Positions 27,347 to 36,015 of a DNA stretch of 37,335 nt are shown here, in pieces. Positions within the stretch are counted from its first letter, which is position 1. Each line of letters starts with the position of its first letter. The DNA comes from a virus (Duplodnaviria > Caudoviricetes): IMG/VR virus record IMGVR_UViG_3300040816_000093, positions 1 to 37,335 of that record; one strand, given 5' to 3'. The notes under the pieces are model-generated. The model was not told where the DNA came from. It did not search any database and saw nothing but the letters and a program-made list of their open reading frames with translations. The position numbers and the translations under genes are program-made.

Positions 27347-28333
27347 TTAGGCAGTAACGTCGATATCTGCAATCACACCGTGAGCGGCTTCGTTGCTGAT
27401 TTCCAGACCGTACTCAACTTGAACAAGCTTCTGCTCAGAGTCGCCAACACGGGCCAAGTCAACAACCTCGAAATCACGGAGGTAGTTCACTGACGCGTAT
27501 TCTGGGTCGAGAACGAACGCAGAACGATCACGTTGGAAACGGTTAGGTACAACTTGCACTGAACCAAAGTCTGACACATACACATCAGCCGCGCCGATGA
27601 TTGTTGTTGGGCCGTCGTTTGGAGCCATGTAACGCTGTGCCGCGATACCTGCGAAGGTTGATGCCTTCTGCTTCTGAGTTGGGCCTACCATCAAGATTGA
27701 TGGGTCGCCGCCTTCCGTCCATACAGACTGGATAACGTCTTTCAACAAAGTTTCTGTGAACTCACGAAGAGCGTCAGCAGAACCATCTGTTGCCGCCGCA
27801 TTTGGGTAGCCAGACGTTGTGCCAGACAACGTTGGGTTTGCACCGTCAGTTGTACCAGTACCACGGCTAGTGTTAGTGCGGAGCCACGCTTCCAAAGATG
27901 CAGTGTTGCGAGCGTTTGAAGAATCGCCTGCGTCAGCCGCTTGGTTGCGAGTCAAAATCGCTTCCATGTCGCGCTTCAACTCAGATGACTTCTTAGCCAA
28001 CTGGTAGCTCAGTTCAGAGTTACGGCCTGCCTTGTTGACGACTTCTTCAGTTCCAGAGATCGAAACAACCTTGCGGCTGATCTGCGTGTAGTTCTGCATA
28101 CGCTTAGTTGCAGTTGCAGAAGCATCTGCCGCAGTTGCGCCTGCGCCTTCAACAACAGCGTTAGTTGTATCGACTGAAGCCAATGAATCTGTCTGGAACT
28201 CAAACAATGTGTTCGCAACAGACTTACGTCCAACGTTGGAGATGAACGGAGTTTCTTCTGGCGAGATGTTGTAGATAACATCAGCCAGTTCTTCGCGGAT
28301 ACCAACCGCGTCATAAGTAGTAAAAGTTGCCAT
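27347..28333 (-). CDS. Major capsid protein (DUF5309/SU10-like, HK97 fold)
   Basis: REEL.D.IYNISPEETPF, NYTQI, ELKRDME, YVSDFG, VVPNRF; AGGAGA RBS; terminator follows. Confidence 0.92.
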   Translation of the reverse strand: MATFTTYDAVGIREELADVIYNISPEETPFISNVGRKSVANTLFEFQTDSLASVDTTNAVVEGAGATAADASATATKRMQNYTQISRKVVSISGTEEVVNKAGRNSELSYQLAKKSSELKRDMEAILTRNQAADAGDSSNARNTASLEAWLRTNTSRGTGTTDGANPTLSGTTSGYPNAAATDGSADALREFTETLLKDVIQSVWTEGGDPSILMVGPTQKQKASTFAGIAAQRYMAPNDGPTTIIGAADVYVSDFGSVQVVPNRFQRDRSAFVLDPEYASVNYLRDFEVVDLARVGDSEQKLVQVEYGLEISNEAAHGVIADIDVTA

Positions 28334-28345
28334 GAGTTAAATCTC

Positions 28346-29320
28346 CTAACCTAGCAAATGTTTAAATGCATTAGCCGCGTCTGCGACTTTGCCTGTCTTT
28401 GCGAGTCGTTGTTGCGATTTACGATAGGCATCTCGACCTTTAGGCGTTGTTGTCGCGGCTCCGGCTTTCGCAACAGGCGTCGCCTGCTTCTTAGCCTTTG
28501 GCTTACCGCTTTGAAGCTCATCGAACTTCATCGCCTTATAGAGCGTTGTCACAGCACGGTGATCGTAGAACTGAGCGATCTCCTGATCGGTGAATCCGAT
28601 CTTCTTGGCATAGTCGGCCACTTTCGCCTTCTCTGCCTTCGCTACTTTTTCATCACGCCACTGAGGGAGAACCTCGGCTAATCTGCCTCGTTCTTGCTCA
28701 ACAAACTGTGCGACGATTCGCTGTTTGTCCGCTTCCTGCGCTTGGAGCAACCGCTGTTTCTCCTCGACAAGTGCGCGTTTACGCTCTTGCCTTTCGCGCC
28801 ACACTTCACGCTGAATAAGCCATTGCTGTGGGTCTTGCTGATATAGCGCATCCCAGTTCGGCTCTTGCTCTTGGTCCTGAACATCAATTTGCTCTAGAAC
28901 CTGCGTTAGCTGTGCGCGTTCGCTCCGAATCTGCTCAAGCTCTGTTTCCAGTGACTTGCGCTGATCCGCTAGTGCCATCGTTTTACGCGTATAGTCCTGA
29001 GTCCGCGAATACCCGCTCAACAATTCATCGATCGACACTTGGACTTCTTCACCATCTACTCTGACGGTGTAAGTCTGGGTGCTCTCTTCTTCGTTCGCTT
29101 CGTCCGTTTCTTCCTGACTGGTTTCGGGGTCATATTCCGAGTCCTCGCTAAATTCCTCGGCTGACGTGTCCTCTACCTCAACGTCCTCTGCATTTGCTTC
29201 GGACTCTTCTACCACTTCCTCTTCAACGGCTTCCGGTTGAGCGTTAGCTTCCATTAGCCCGCCAAATACGTTAGCGGCTTGTTTGACTGATAGTGATCCA
29301 GTTTCTTGGGTGTCACTCAT
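28346..29320 (-). CDS. Capsid scaffolding protein
   Basis: Acidic N-terminus, YTVRVDGEEVQVSIDELLSGYSR..DYTRKT, coiled coil; directly upstream of capsid. Confidence 0.88.
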   Translation of the reverse strand: MSDTQETGSLSVKQAANVFGGLMEANAQPEAVEEEVVEESEANAEDVEVEDTSAEEFSEDSEYDPETSQEETDEANEEESTQTYTVRVDGEEVQVSIDELLSGYSRTQDYTRKTMALADQRKSLETELEQIRSERAQLTQVLEQIDVQDQEQEPNWDALYQQDPQQWLIQREVWRERQERKRALVEEKQRLLQAQEADKQRIVAQFVEQERGRLAEVLPQWRDEKVAKAEKAKVADYAKKIGFTDQEIAQFYDHRAVTTLYKAMKFDELQSGKPKAKKQATPVAKAGAATTTPKGRDAYRKSQQRLAKTGKVADAANAFKHLLG

Positions 29321-29334
29321 GGTTACATTATCCC

Positions 29335-29595
29335 TTATCTACGGTTTAGTTTGTCAAGGTATTGTTTTGCCAACTTTCCCTTGTCCATAACGCTAACAAG
29401 CTGTGCTTCCACCTCTTCTAGCATCCTGATCGCCATATACGCCTTTTCGCGTTTGGCCGATTCATCCTCCGCCGTGTTGATAAGAGACTCGACGTACCTG
29501 TTACGAACAGTAACAAGTGCGTCTTTATATGCCTCGTTCTCGACGACGGATCGAGCCTTCTCTCCAAGCTCAACGTCCCGTCTTGTAAAGATCAT
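29335..29595 (-). CDS. Conserved small protein between portal and scaffold
   Basis: Helical 86 aa, RE.AY motif; coupled to the portal stop. Confidence 0.75.
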   Translation of the reverse strand: MIFTRRDVELGEKARSVVENEAYKDALVTVRNRYVESLINTAEDESAKREKAYMAIRMLEEVEAQLVSVMDKGKLAKQYLDKLNRR

Positions 29596-31820
29596 TAGTC
29601 ACCTCGTGGTGCGTTATTCATCATCTGTCTTAGCGTGGCTCCGCGTTCACGGATCGTCATCTTCTCGCGCTCTACCTCAGCCCTAAGTTGCGCCACGTCG
29701 ATCTGAGTTCCGTACTTCGCCTGAAGCTCCAACGCCTCCATCGAGATCTTCGCATCCAGTTCATCGCGCTTGCGTTCGTCTTCCATGAACATCTTCTCGC
29801 GGTCCAAGTTCATCGCCGCAATCCGCGCTTGCGTTTCGGCTTGTGTCTTCGCGATCTCAGCTTGCGCGAGGACTTCTTCAGGTCTTGGCTTCTTCGGCTT
29901 CTGAGAAGCTTTCGCCATGATCTGTTGAGCCTGCGGACCATTCGGATCAAGGAAGTAATTATCGACATCCTTAATACCCGCCGTTTCGATAATCTTGCCG
30001 ACAGTATTCCTATACTGGGATAGAGTGACAAGCGGATTATCCAAGCCGAACTGCGAGATCACGTTTTCCTGACGCTGAGCGATCGACTCAAGAAGTATCA
30101 TCTTCTGGTCGTCATCCACTCCACCAAGTGCAACGTTCACTGTTACGTCAAATCCTGCCTGCCATGCGCGTGGGTCAACCTGCACGAACTCGTTCCGCAG
30201 GCGGATCATCTGAGGTTGGTCCTGATGCAAGACAGTCAGCTTCAGTAATCCCTTAAACAGGTCGGTCATGCCGGTTTCTGCGAAGATGCGAGCAATCAAC
30301 TCTAGGTGCTGACGTGCCGCCGTGACAGTCGCCGCAACCGCTGTCTTCGTTGTTGACTGAAGAGCATCAGCATCCAAGCCTGCCGCCGCACGGTTGATGC
30401 CGGTACGCGACTGCTTCACTTCATCCATGTACGCCATCATTGGGAACGCTTGTTGCCCAACGAACGGCTGAGAGAACGACTGCACCATGTTTGGAGCGCG
30501 CATACGGATAATCCCGCCTACTTCAGAGTTCAGCACGTCTTCCAAGTTAGCCTGGCCTTCAACAACGGCCATGCGTGGGTGAATCGACTGCGCCAGTGAG
30601 TCTAACTGGTTGCGAAGGATGTGCGACTTGATGTTCTGGATATCCATCGTGATATCGGCTAACGACTGACCAAAGAACGTGTGTGGCTCTGGATCTGGGC
30701 AGAACGCCGCAAAAGGCACATGATCGTAAGGCTCATGCCGCACAATCTCGTGAGCGTCGCCCATACAGCAAACCTTACGCAGTTCCGCAATGCCGTCACC
30801 ATCGTAATCCGCTTTCACATAGGCTTCGATGTACAGGACGCGCTTGTTCGCGTCGTCCTTAGCAACGTAATTCTTCAGCGTCGCAACGGGGTTCCGGTTG
30901 TAGTATTCGCTGTTGGTGTCGAACTGGAAGTCCTCGCCTGCGTGGTCCTTCACCATGTCGAAGTCGTAACCCATCGCAACTAGCTCGGAGACGGTTGCCA
31001 TCTTCCGGTGAGCGACGATCGTTGCATCGTGGATTGACTTTGCACGGCGATCGATTAGGAACTCTTCAGGAGGTAACGCCTCGCACTTGATCTTTCCGTT
31101 CTTGGTACGGCGCTTTAGCTCAAGGTCGTATGCCATTGGCTGATCCATCACCGCTTCTTGGATGACGTTACCCATCTCATCCATGACCGGCGGCTGAACC
31201 ATCACTGGCTCACCGATCGGCTTCTCCTTGACGGCAGACGCCTCAACGTCTTCATCCTGAAGCAACATCATCATGGATTCTCGTGTCAGGTCGGTGTAGT
31301 TCTCTGTCGACACCTCAACGGATTCATCGTAGTAGAACTTGATGATTCCCGCCTTGCGAACCAACGCATCCTTGAACGCGTCGTATAGGATGCTGAAGCC
31401 ACGGTTTTGTTGCATGAATACATGGTTGATGTAGTCAGTCGCTTGCTCGGCTTGAGCAACGTCCTCGGCCCCGTGTGGCACGAACTCCACAACCTTCTCG
31501 CCAGACGTGAACACTTTCATCAATGAAGGAAGAATCGACTGTACGGTATCGCGTACATCCATCGAGACAACGGCTGAACGACCTTCCTCTTCATCGCCGA
31601 ACGGTTCGCCACGGTAATACTGAGAGGCGGCATTGCGCTCTTGCGAGATCGTGTTGTCAATGTAGTCAATCGCGTCCTGCACTTCGGATGTGATGATGCC
31701 ATTGAACTCATCATCGCTCATCTCGTTTGGCTTATCGATCTCAATACCCATCTCCGACAGCGAGTTCATCGCTTGGTCGATTGGTGAGCCGTTCATGTCG
31801 TCGTCTTTGTATTGATCCAT
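29595..31820 (-). CDS. Portal protein (P22 gp1-like)
   Basis: YYRGEP, VVS.DV.DTV, EDV..AEQATDY.N, FKDAL..K.G, PPEEF, C-terminal barrel coiled coil. Confidence 0.93.
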   Translation of the reverse strand: MDQYKDDDMNGSPIDQAMNSLSEMGIEIDKPNEMSDDEFNGIITSEVQDAIDYIDNTISQERNAASQYYRGEPFGDEEEGRSAVVSMDVRDTVQSILPSLMKVFTSGEKVVEFVPHGAEDVAQAEQATDYINHVFMQQNRGFSILYDAFKDALVRKAGIIKFYYDESVEVSTENYTDLTRESMMMLLQDEDVEASAVKEKPIGEPVMVQPPVMDEMGNVIQEAVMDQPMAYDLELKRRTKNGKIKCEALPPEEFLIDRRAKSIHDATIVAHRKMATVSELVAMGYDFDMVKDHAGEDFQFDTNSEYYNRNPVATLKNYVAKDDANKRVLYIEAYVKADYDGDGIAELRKVCCMGDAHEIVRHEPYDHVPFAAFCPDPEPHTFFGQSLADITMDIQNIKSHILRNQLDSLAQSIHPRMAVVEGQANLEDVLNSEVGGIIRMRAPNMVQSFSQPFVGQQAFPMMAYMDEVKQSRTGINRAAAGLDADALQSTTKTAVAATVTAARQHLELIARIFAETGMTDLFKGLLKLTVLHQDQPQMIRLRNEFVQVDPRAWQAGFDVTVNVALGGVDDDQKMILLESIAQRQENVISQFGLDNPLVTLSQYRNTVGKIIETAGIKDVDNYFLDPNGPQAQQIMAKASQKPKKPRPEEVLAQAEIAKTQAETQARIAAMNLDREKMFMEDERKRDELDAKISMEALELQAKYGTQIDVAQLRAEVEREKMTIRERGATLRQMMNNAPRGD

Positions 31821-31829
31821 ATCTTTACC

Positions 31830-33866
31830 TTAAAGCGGTGAAAGTAATCCAGTTGCGGTGCGGATCGCATCTCGTCCGTACCCTTCATCCATATACCCGC
31901 CTTGAGTATACAACCTAACAAGTTCTTGGTCAGACAGTCGGGGCATCCGATACTCTGTTCCTAGTAATTCAGAGATAGCGTTTACGGTGTCTGGCACTAG
32001 GAAGTCAGCCGTGCCGACGATTGCTTCATTCAGTGCAGAACCGATCTCAGCCGGTACAGCGAGCAATGGGTTCAACTGACCTTCAGGTGTTACGGCTTCT
32101 GATGCGAGTAAGCCGCCAACCGCTCCGACTGGGGCGGGGGAGGCCATGATGTTCGGATTACCGATCTCATCTGGGTCAAAGGCGGCACTTGTTGACCTGA
32201 TCTGATCTGGATTACGCACTATCATCACGTCGCCAGAGCGGGAAAGTAACGAATCGCCCTGCCCTGCATTGAAATCCTTGAACGCCTGAAGATCGCCACG
32301 CGTCATTAAGTCTTCGGTTTTTAGGTAGACAGGAATAACGTTCGCGCCATCGTCAACCGCGTATTCAGAAGCTACCTTTGGATTACGGGAAAAATAAAAT
32401 CCTTGCGGAAGCGCCGCAGGTGTTCTGCCCTTGCCTTTACCAATCAATGCGGGGTCAAAGGCAAGAATATCCTTATCCGTCCCATGAAAGTATCTTGTAT
32501 CAATATCAAAGCCTTGATCTTCCGCCCTAATCATCCGAGACTCGAAGTCCATCGGCAGTTCGCCGGAAACGATCTTTTGCGCTGTTGATTCTGGGTAACC
32601 GGCTTCGACCAACTTCTTGACGGACGGTAGTACACCCGCCTCTGCCTGTGCCGCAGTCAGGATTCCTGCGCTGACAAGTGTTGCCTTCAGAGCTTTAGGT
32701 AGTGGCTTGCCGCGCTTGACGAAATCGATGTATGCGTTGATATCGTCAGCGCGTTGTTGTGTGGCGATTTCATAACTGCCTACATTGTCCGGTCCACGCT
32801 TATTAAACGCGTCGATTCTCTGACCTCTAGGCATCGGTTGGCCTGCTTTGTTTAACTGACTACCTAGCACCCTGTTGGCTTCTGGCGCATTAAGCTCAAA
32901 CGGAATAGGGATCTCATATTGAGAAACGTCCCCGCCCTGCGCGAACATATGCGAATAAGTTCTATGGAGGTCGCCAGTAGGAACAACCGGCGCACCAATC
33001 TCTGGAGTGAATATGGTTGACCCTGCATCACCGTAGTTCAAATCCTTCAACTCAGGGTCAGTGATCACTTCATTGATCTGATTAAAGCTAGGCATTCCCG
33101 CATCACGATAAGGTGCTTTTGAGCTTTGTTTTATAAACCACTTTCTTAGCTCGCCCGCTGTTCCCTCTATTACCTCTCCCTTCTTGTTGTAAGTCGAGAT
33201 TGGAGCTTCTCCTGCTAACTGAGCAATCCCCTCTGGCGTATCGAAACCTGCGAAGTCTGGGAAACCCGTAAATCCACTATCTGCTTTCTTGCCTAATCTT
33301 GTCTTTGTTCTTACTGCTTTGTTCAGAGACTCCTTGATGGTTTTTGTCATCGGAATCTCTTGAGCCATTTTCGCCATGATCAAAGCCGGAGGATCGCTAA
33401 AATCGATAGCTTGTTTGCTCATCACGTTGACAACAGCCTGCACCGGCATATTCAGATCATTTGCAATTTTGTCGATCTTCTTTTGGTATCGCTCTGCAAT
33501 TTCTTGACCCGAAGCCCAAGCCTCGTTACCCCTTGCAAAACCTTGTCCCCCTTGGATCGTCACGCCATCAGGAACTAATAATCCGCCGATCATGTTTGCT
33601 TCGCCAACATCAGATCGATCACTGGGGACGCCAACAATCACGGAGCCTACATCTTCTTCAGCGTTCCGTATCCTAGGCGTTGGCAGATCCTTCCGTGTGT
33701 ACTGAGTCTCAAAGCCGCGCTCAATCGCCATCATCTCACGATCACGAAGATTCTTGCTTTTCGATAACGCCTCTTCGTATTTCTTCCGGCTCGGGAATCC
33801 TAACGAAAAGATTCTGGAATCCGATATCATGTTTGCGATTTGCTTTGCTACCTGAACTGCGCTCAC
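31830..33866 (-). CDS. Modular protein with ART-PolyVal-like ADP-ribosyltransferase domain (start re-called to GTG 33866)
   Basis: YFHGT...F...GFYFS....ASEYA....V.PVYL...IV..PDQIRS..AAFDP; GTGA overlap with the upstream stop. Confidence 0.72.
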   Translation of the reverse strand: MSAVQVAKQIANMISDSRIFSLGFPSRKKYEEALSKSKNLRDREMMAIERGFETQYTRKDLPTPRIRNAEEDVGSVIVGVPSDRSDVGEANMIGGLLVPDGVTIQGGQGFARGNEAWASGQEIAERYQKKIDKIANDLNMPVQAVVNVMSKQAIDFSDPPALIMAKMAQEIPMTKTIKESLNKAVRTKTRLGKKADSGFTGFPDFAGFDTPEGIAQLAGEAPISTYNKKGEVIEGTAGELRKWFIKQSSKAPYRDAGMPSFNQINEVITDPELKDLNYGDAGSTIFTPEIGAPVVPTGDLHRTYSHMFAQGGDVSQYEIPIPFELNAPEANRVLGSQLNKAGQPMPRGQRIDAFNKRGPDNVGSYEIATQQRADDINAYIDFVKRGKPLPKALKATLVSAGILTAAQAEAGVLPSVKKLVEAGYPESTAQKIVSGELPMDFESRMIRAEDQGFDIDTRYFHGTDKDILAFDPALIGKGKGRTPAALPQGFYFSRNPKVASEYAVDDGANVIPVYLKTEDLMTRGDLQAFKDFNAGQGDSLLSRSGDVMIVRNPDQIRSTSAAFDPDEIGNPNIMASPAPVGAVGGLLASEAVTPEGQLNPLLAVPAEIGSALNEAIVGTADFLVPDTVNAISELLGTEYRMPRLSDQELVRLYTQGGYMDEGYGRDAIRTATGLLSPL

Positions 33867-34099
33867 TTCTTCACACTCTTCTTGCCGGAACACTGCCACC
33901 GCTTACGCGATAGCCGGAGGGGGGAGTTGGGGTCTTTGGCGGCTTTCGGGTACTGCTTCATTTGCTCATACGATCGAGCGCAGTAAGCGTCGCCTTTCGG
34001 GGTATTCGGTCGGACGCTTGCGCCTTTTGCACCATAGGAAACCTTTTTCCCGGTCGCCGTGACTTTGACCTTCGCCTTGCCTTTCGCCGGTTTAGGCAC
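33863..34099 (-). CDS. 78-aa basic protein (YCARS...DPNS.LR..R.RW.C family); real 3' part of the 147-aa track ORF
   Basis: GTG start overlapping the upstream gene; K/R-rich. Confidence 0.75.
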   Translation of the reverse strand: MPKPAKGKAKVKVTATGKKVSYGAKGASVRPNTPKGDAYCARSYEQMKQYPKAAKDPNSPLRLSRKRWQCSGKKSVKK

Positions 34100-34262
34100 G
34101 GCCTTTCGCCTTCTTCTTGGCGGTTTTAGCGGCTTTCTTGAACGCTGACGCCTTCGGGTATCCTGCTTCGTTAGGGCGAGCCATCCGCTCCTTCGACCCT
34201 TCCTTAATCCGCTTGCGCTTTGCGTGAATATTCGCGTACAGCCCGCGACCGCCCGTTGCCAT
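34092..34262 (-). CDS. 56-aa basic protein (GLYANIHAKRKR family; not in ORF track)
   Basis: MATGGRGLYANIHAKRKRIKEGSKERMARPNEAGYPKASAFKKAAKTAKKKAKGRA*; starts one base after the terL stop. Confidence 0.8.
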   Translation of the reverse strand: MATGGRGLYANIHAKRKRIKEGSKERMARPNEAGYPKASAFKKAAKTAKKKAKGRA

Positions 34263-34263
34263 A

Positions 34264-35682
34264 TCAGATGACCCCTTTTATCAATCGTTTCAAAGGTTGA
34301 GTCCAACTAGACCCACTAGCAGACCCATAAATACCCACAGCCGCATCACCGGCTAGGGTTAGTATACACGCGTCTGCCAAATCAGGCGACGATAGCCCGC
34401 GCTTCTTCATCTCGTCCTTAGATTCCAATCGCAACCGCCCGGACGAATTAAAAGTATACCGGGGGGACGTAAGCTCTGCGAGTAGATCATCATCCTTCGG
34501 TAACGCGCATCCGCGTTGCTCCAACCAGTTCTTCATCTTCCCCCATAGCTCAGCACGAAGATTCACATAAGCGTTCTTCATTGCCGGTGATTCGGAGACG
34601 TTAATCCCGATCGCCGGTAGACCGAGTTCGCGTAATCGGTCAACGACCCCTGACCCCAGGCCGATCGAATCAATATATATAGCGGTCGGTCGATCTAGCG
34701 ATTCTTCGGCGTCGTATTCATTCTTGATTGCGCCAACCAGTTGCATGAGATCAAGACCTTGCCACTTCTTCACCTCGGTAATTACGTTGCCTTTCTTCTT
34801 GGCGAGCGCAGACTTATCCGAACCAAAGCGAGCCACGTCGATCCCATAAGTCATCTGCGAGAACTGGTCGACCTCGATGTCACGGTTCATCGCTTGCTCA
34901 ACAACAGAGAACGGAATCATCGTGTCGTCGTCTGACAACGGGAACTCACCCAGTACGCGGACGCGGTAGGCGTTCGACTCCTCGCCATACTTAATCGCCA
35001 TTTCGCGCACGAACTCTTTCGATACGCGCTTAGAGTGTTCGCAGTTGACGTGAAGCGTGAACCATTCATCCTTAAGTCGGTTGTGCGTTTCATAGAAGTA
35101 TCCGCTTGATCGAACCGGGTTCCCGAGCAAGATGGTGACCGCATTGTGTCCCGACATAGAACCTGCCGCCGCTTCAAACACCGCCTCTGGAACACCGGAA
35201 GCCTCATCGGCAACAAGCATGACGTGTTCCGAGTGGATGCCCTGTAACGCTTCTGGTTGCTCGGCGCGTGACGTTCTAGCCGAGATGAACGCCTCAGTAG
35301 GCGATGGGCGTAGCTCGATACGATCGCTTTTCACCTCAAGCAACTCACGCAATGCCGGGTCAAGCTCCTTCACCCATCGCTTAATCTCAGCAAACAACGC
35401 ATCGAATAACTGTGATGACGTGGGGGCCGTGACGACAACCTTGACTGGATAACGCGTCAGCAGATACCAGAGCATCGCCCAACTTGCCGCTGTTGACTTC
35501 CCGACCCCGTGACCCGATCGGACGGAGACGCGGCGATTGTTGTCGGCGATTGATCGAAGGAACTGCGATTGCCAGTCATCCGGTTGGACGCCGAACACCT
35601 TCTCCACGAACAGCACCGGATCGTTGCGGTACTTCAGGATAAAGTCGTCGAATGGATTTTCAATTTTCGTGGGTTCGCTCAT
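34264..35682 (-). CDS. terL: Terminase large subunit
   Basis: Walker A SGHGVGKS, VTAPT, Walker B LVADEASG, LGNP; nuclease GIDVARFG.D and SPDLAD. Confidence 0.96.
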   Translation of the reverse strand: MSEPTKIENPFDDFILKYRNDPVLFVEKVFGVQPDDWQSQFLRSIADNNRRVSVRSGHGVGKSTAASWAMLWYLLTRYPVKVVVTAPTSSQLFDALFAEIKRWVKELDPALRELLEVKSDRIELRPSPTEAFISARTSRAEQPEALQGIHSEHVMLVADEASGVPEAVFEAAAGSMSGHNAVTILLGNPVRSSGYFYETHNRLKDEWFTLHVNCEHSKRVSKEFVREMAIKYGEESNAYRVRVLGEFPLSDDDTMIPFSVVEQAMNRDIEVDQFSQMTYGIDVARFGSDKSALAKKKGNVITEVKKWQGLDLMQLVGAIKNEYDAEESLDRPTAIYIDSIGLGSGVVDRLRELGLPAIGINVSESPAMKNAYVNLRAELWGKMKNWLEQRGCALPKDDDLLAELTSPRYTFNSSGRLRLESKDEMKKRGLSSPDLADACILTLAGDAAVGIYGSASGSSWTQPLKRLIKGVI

Positions 35683-35780
35683 TTCGCTCCTATACCCCTA
35701 GGGGTTACGCCGATGTGTGTCTCGTACCCGCCGCCGCCGCCCCGTCAAATAAATCGATGGGGGGGGTCATCGCGGCGGAC

Positions 35781-35789
35781 TTATCCACA
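35781..35789 (+). promoter_or_regulatory. DnaA box (perfect); a second one-mismatch box lies at 35846-35854
   Basis: TTATCCACA and CTATCCACA in the same orientation, in the terS-terL gap. Confidence 0.6.
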
Positions 35790-35875
35790 GATCGACGTTT
35801 TTTCGTGTTCAAGTATTGACCAATCCGTGCCGACCATTTCGTGACCTATCCACAGGCTGACAACGATCCTAACGA

Positions 35876-35888
35876 AATCAATAACTTA
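35876..35888 (+). promoter_or_regulatory. IHF-binding consensus
   Basis: AATCAATAACTTA matches WATCAANNNNTTR exactly. Confidence 0.65.
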
Positions 35889-35911
35889 CGTCGCAACGTT
35901 GCCAAGTTACT

Positions 35912-35939
35912 TCGGCGCATAACTATCATTATGTTAAAT
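35912..35939 (+). other. dif-like XerC/XerD recombination site
   Basis: TCGGCGCATAA-CTATCA-TTATGTTAAAT versus E. coli dif GGTGCGCATAA-TGTATA-TTATGTTAAAT: XerD arm 11/11, XerC arm 8/11, 6-bp spacer. Confidence 0.88.
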
Positions 35940-36015
35940 CGATAATTGGTCGCCGGTCACGATGTGGTCACGTCGCCTCGCGTGCGCGTATCCACGTCGG
36001 TGCGTGTTTTCTCCG

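Noticed and set aside
33863-34306. 147-aa ORF as a single gene or programmed frameshift
   Set aside because: Better explained as two overlapping genes (34092-34262 and 33863-34099); its 5' part overlaps terL and another frame
35759-35766. G8 run as an FtsK KOPS motif near the dif-like site
   Set aside because: It does not match GGGNAGGG
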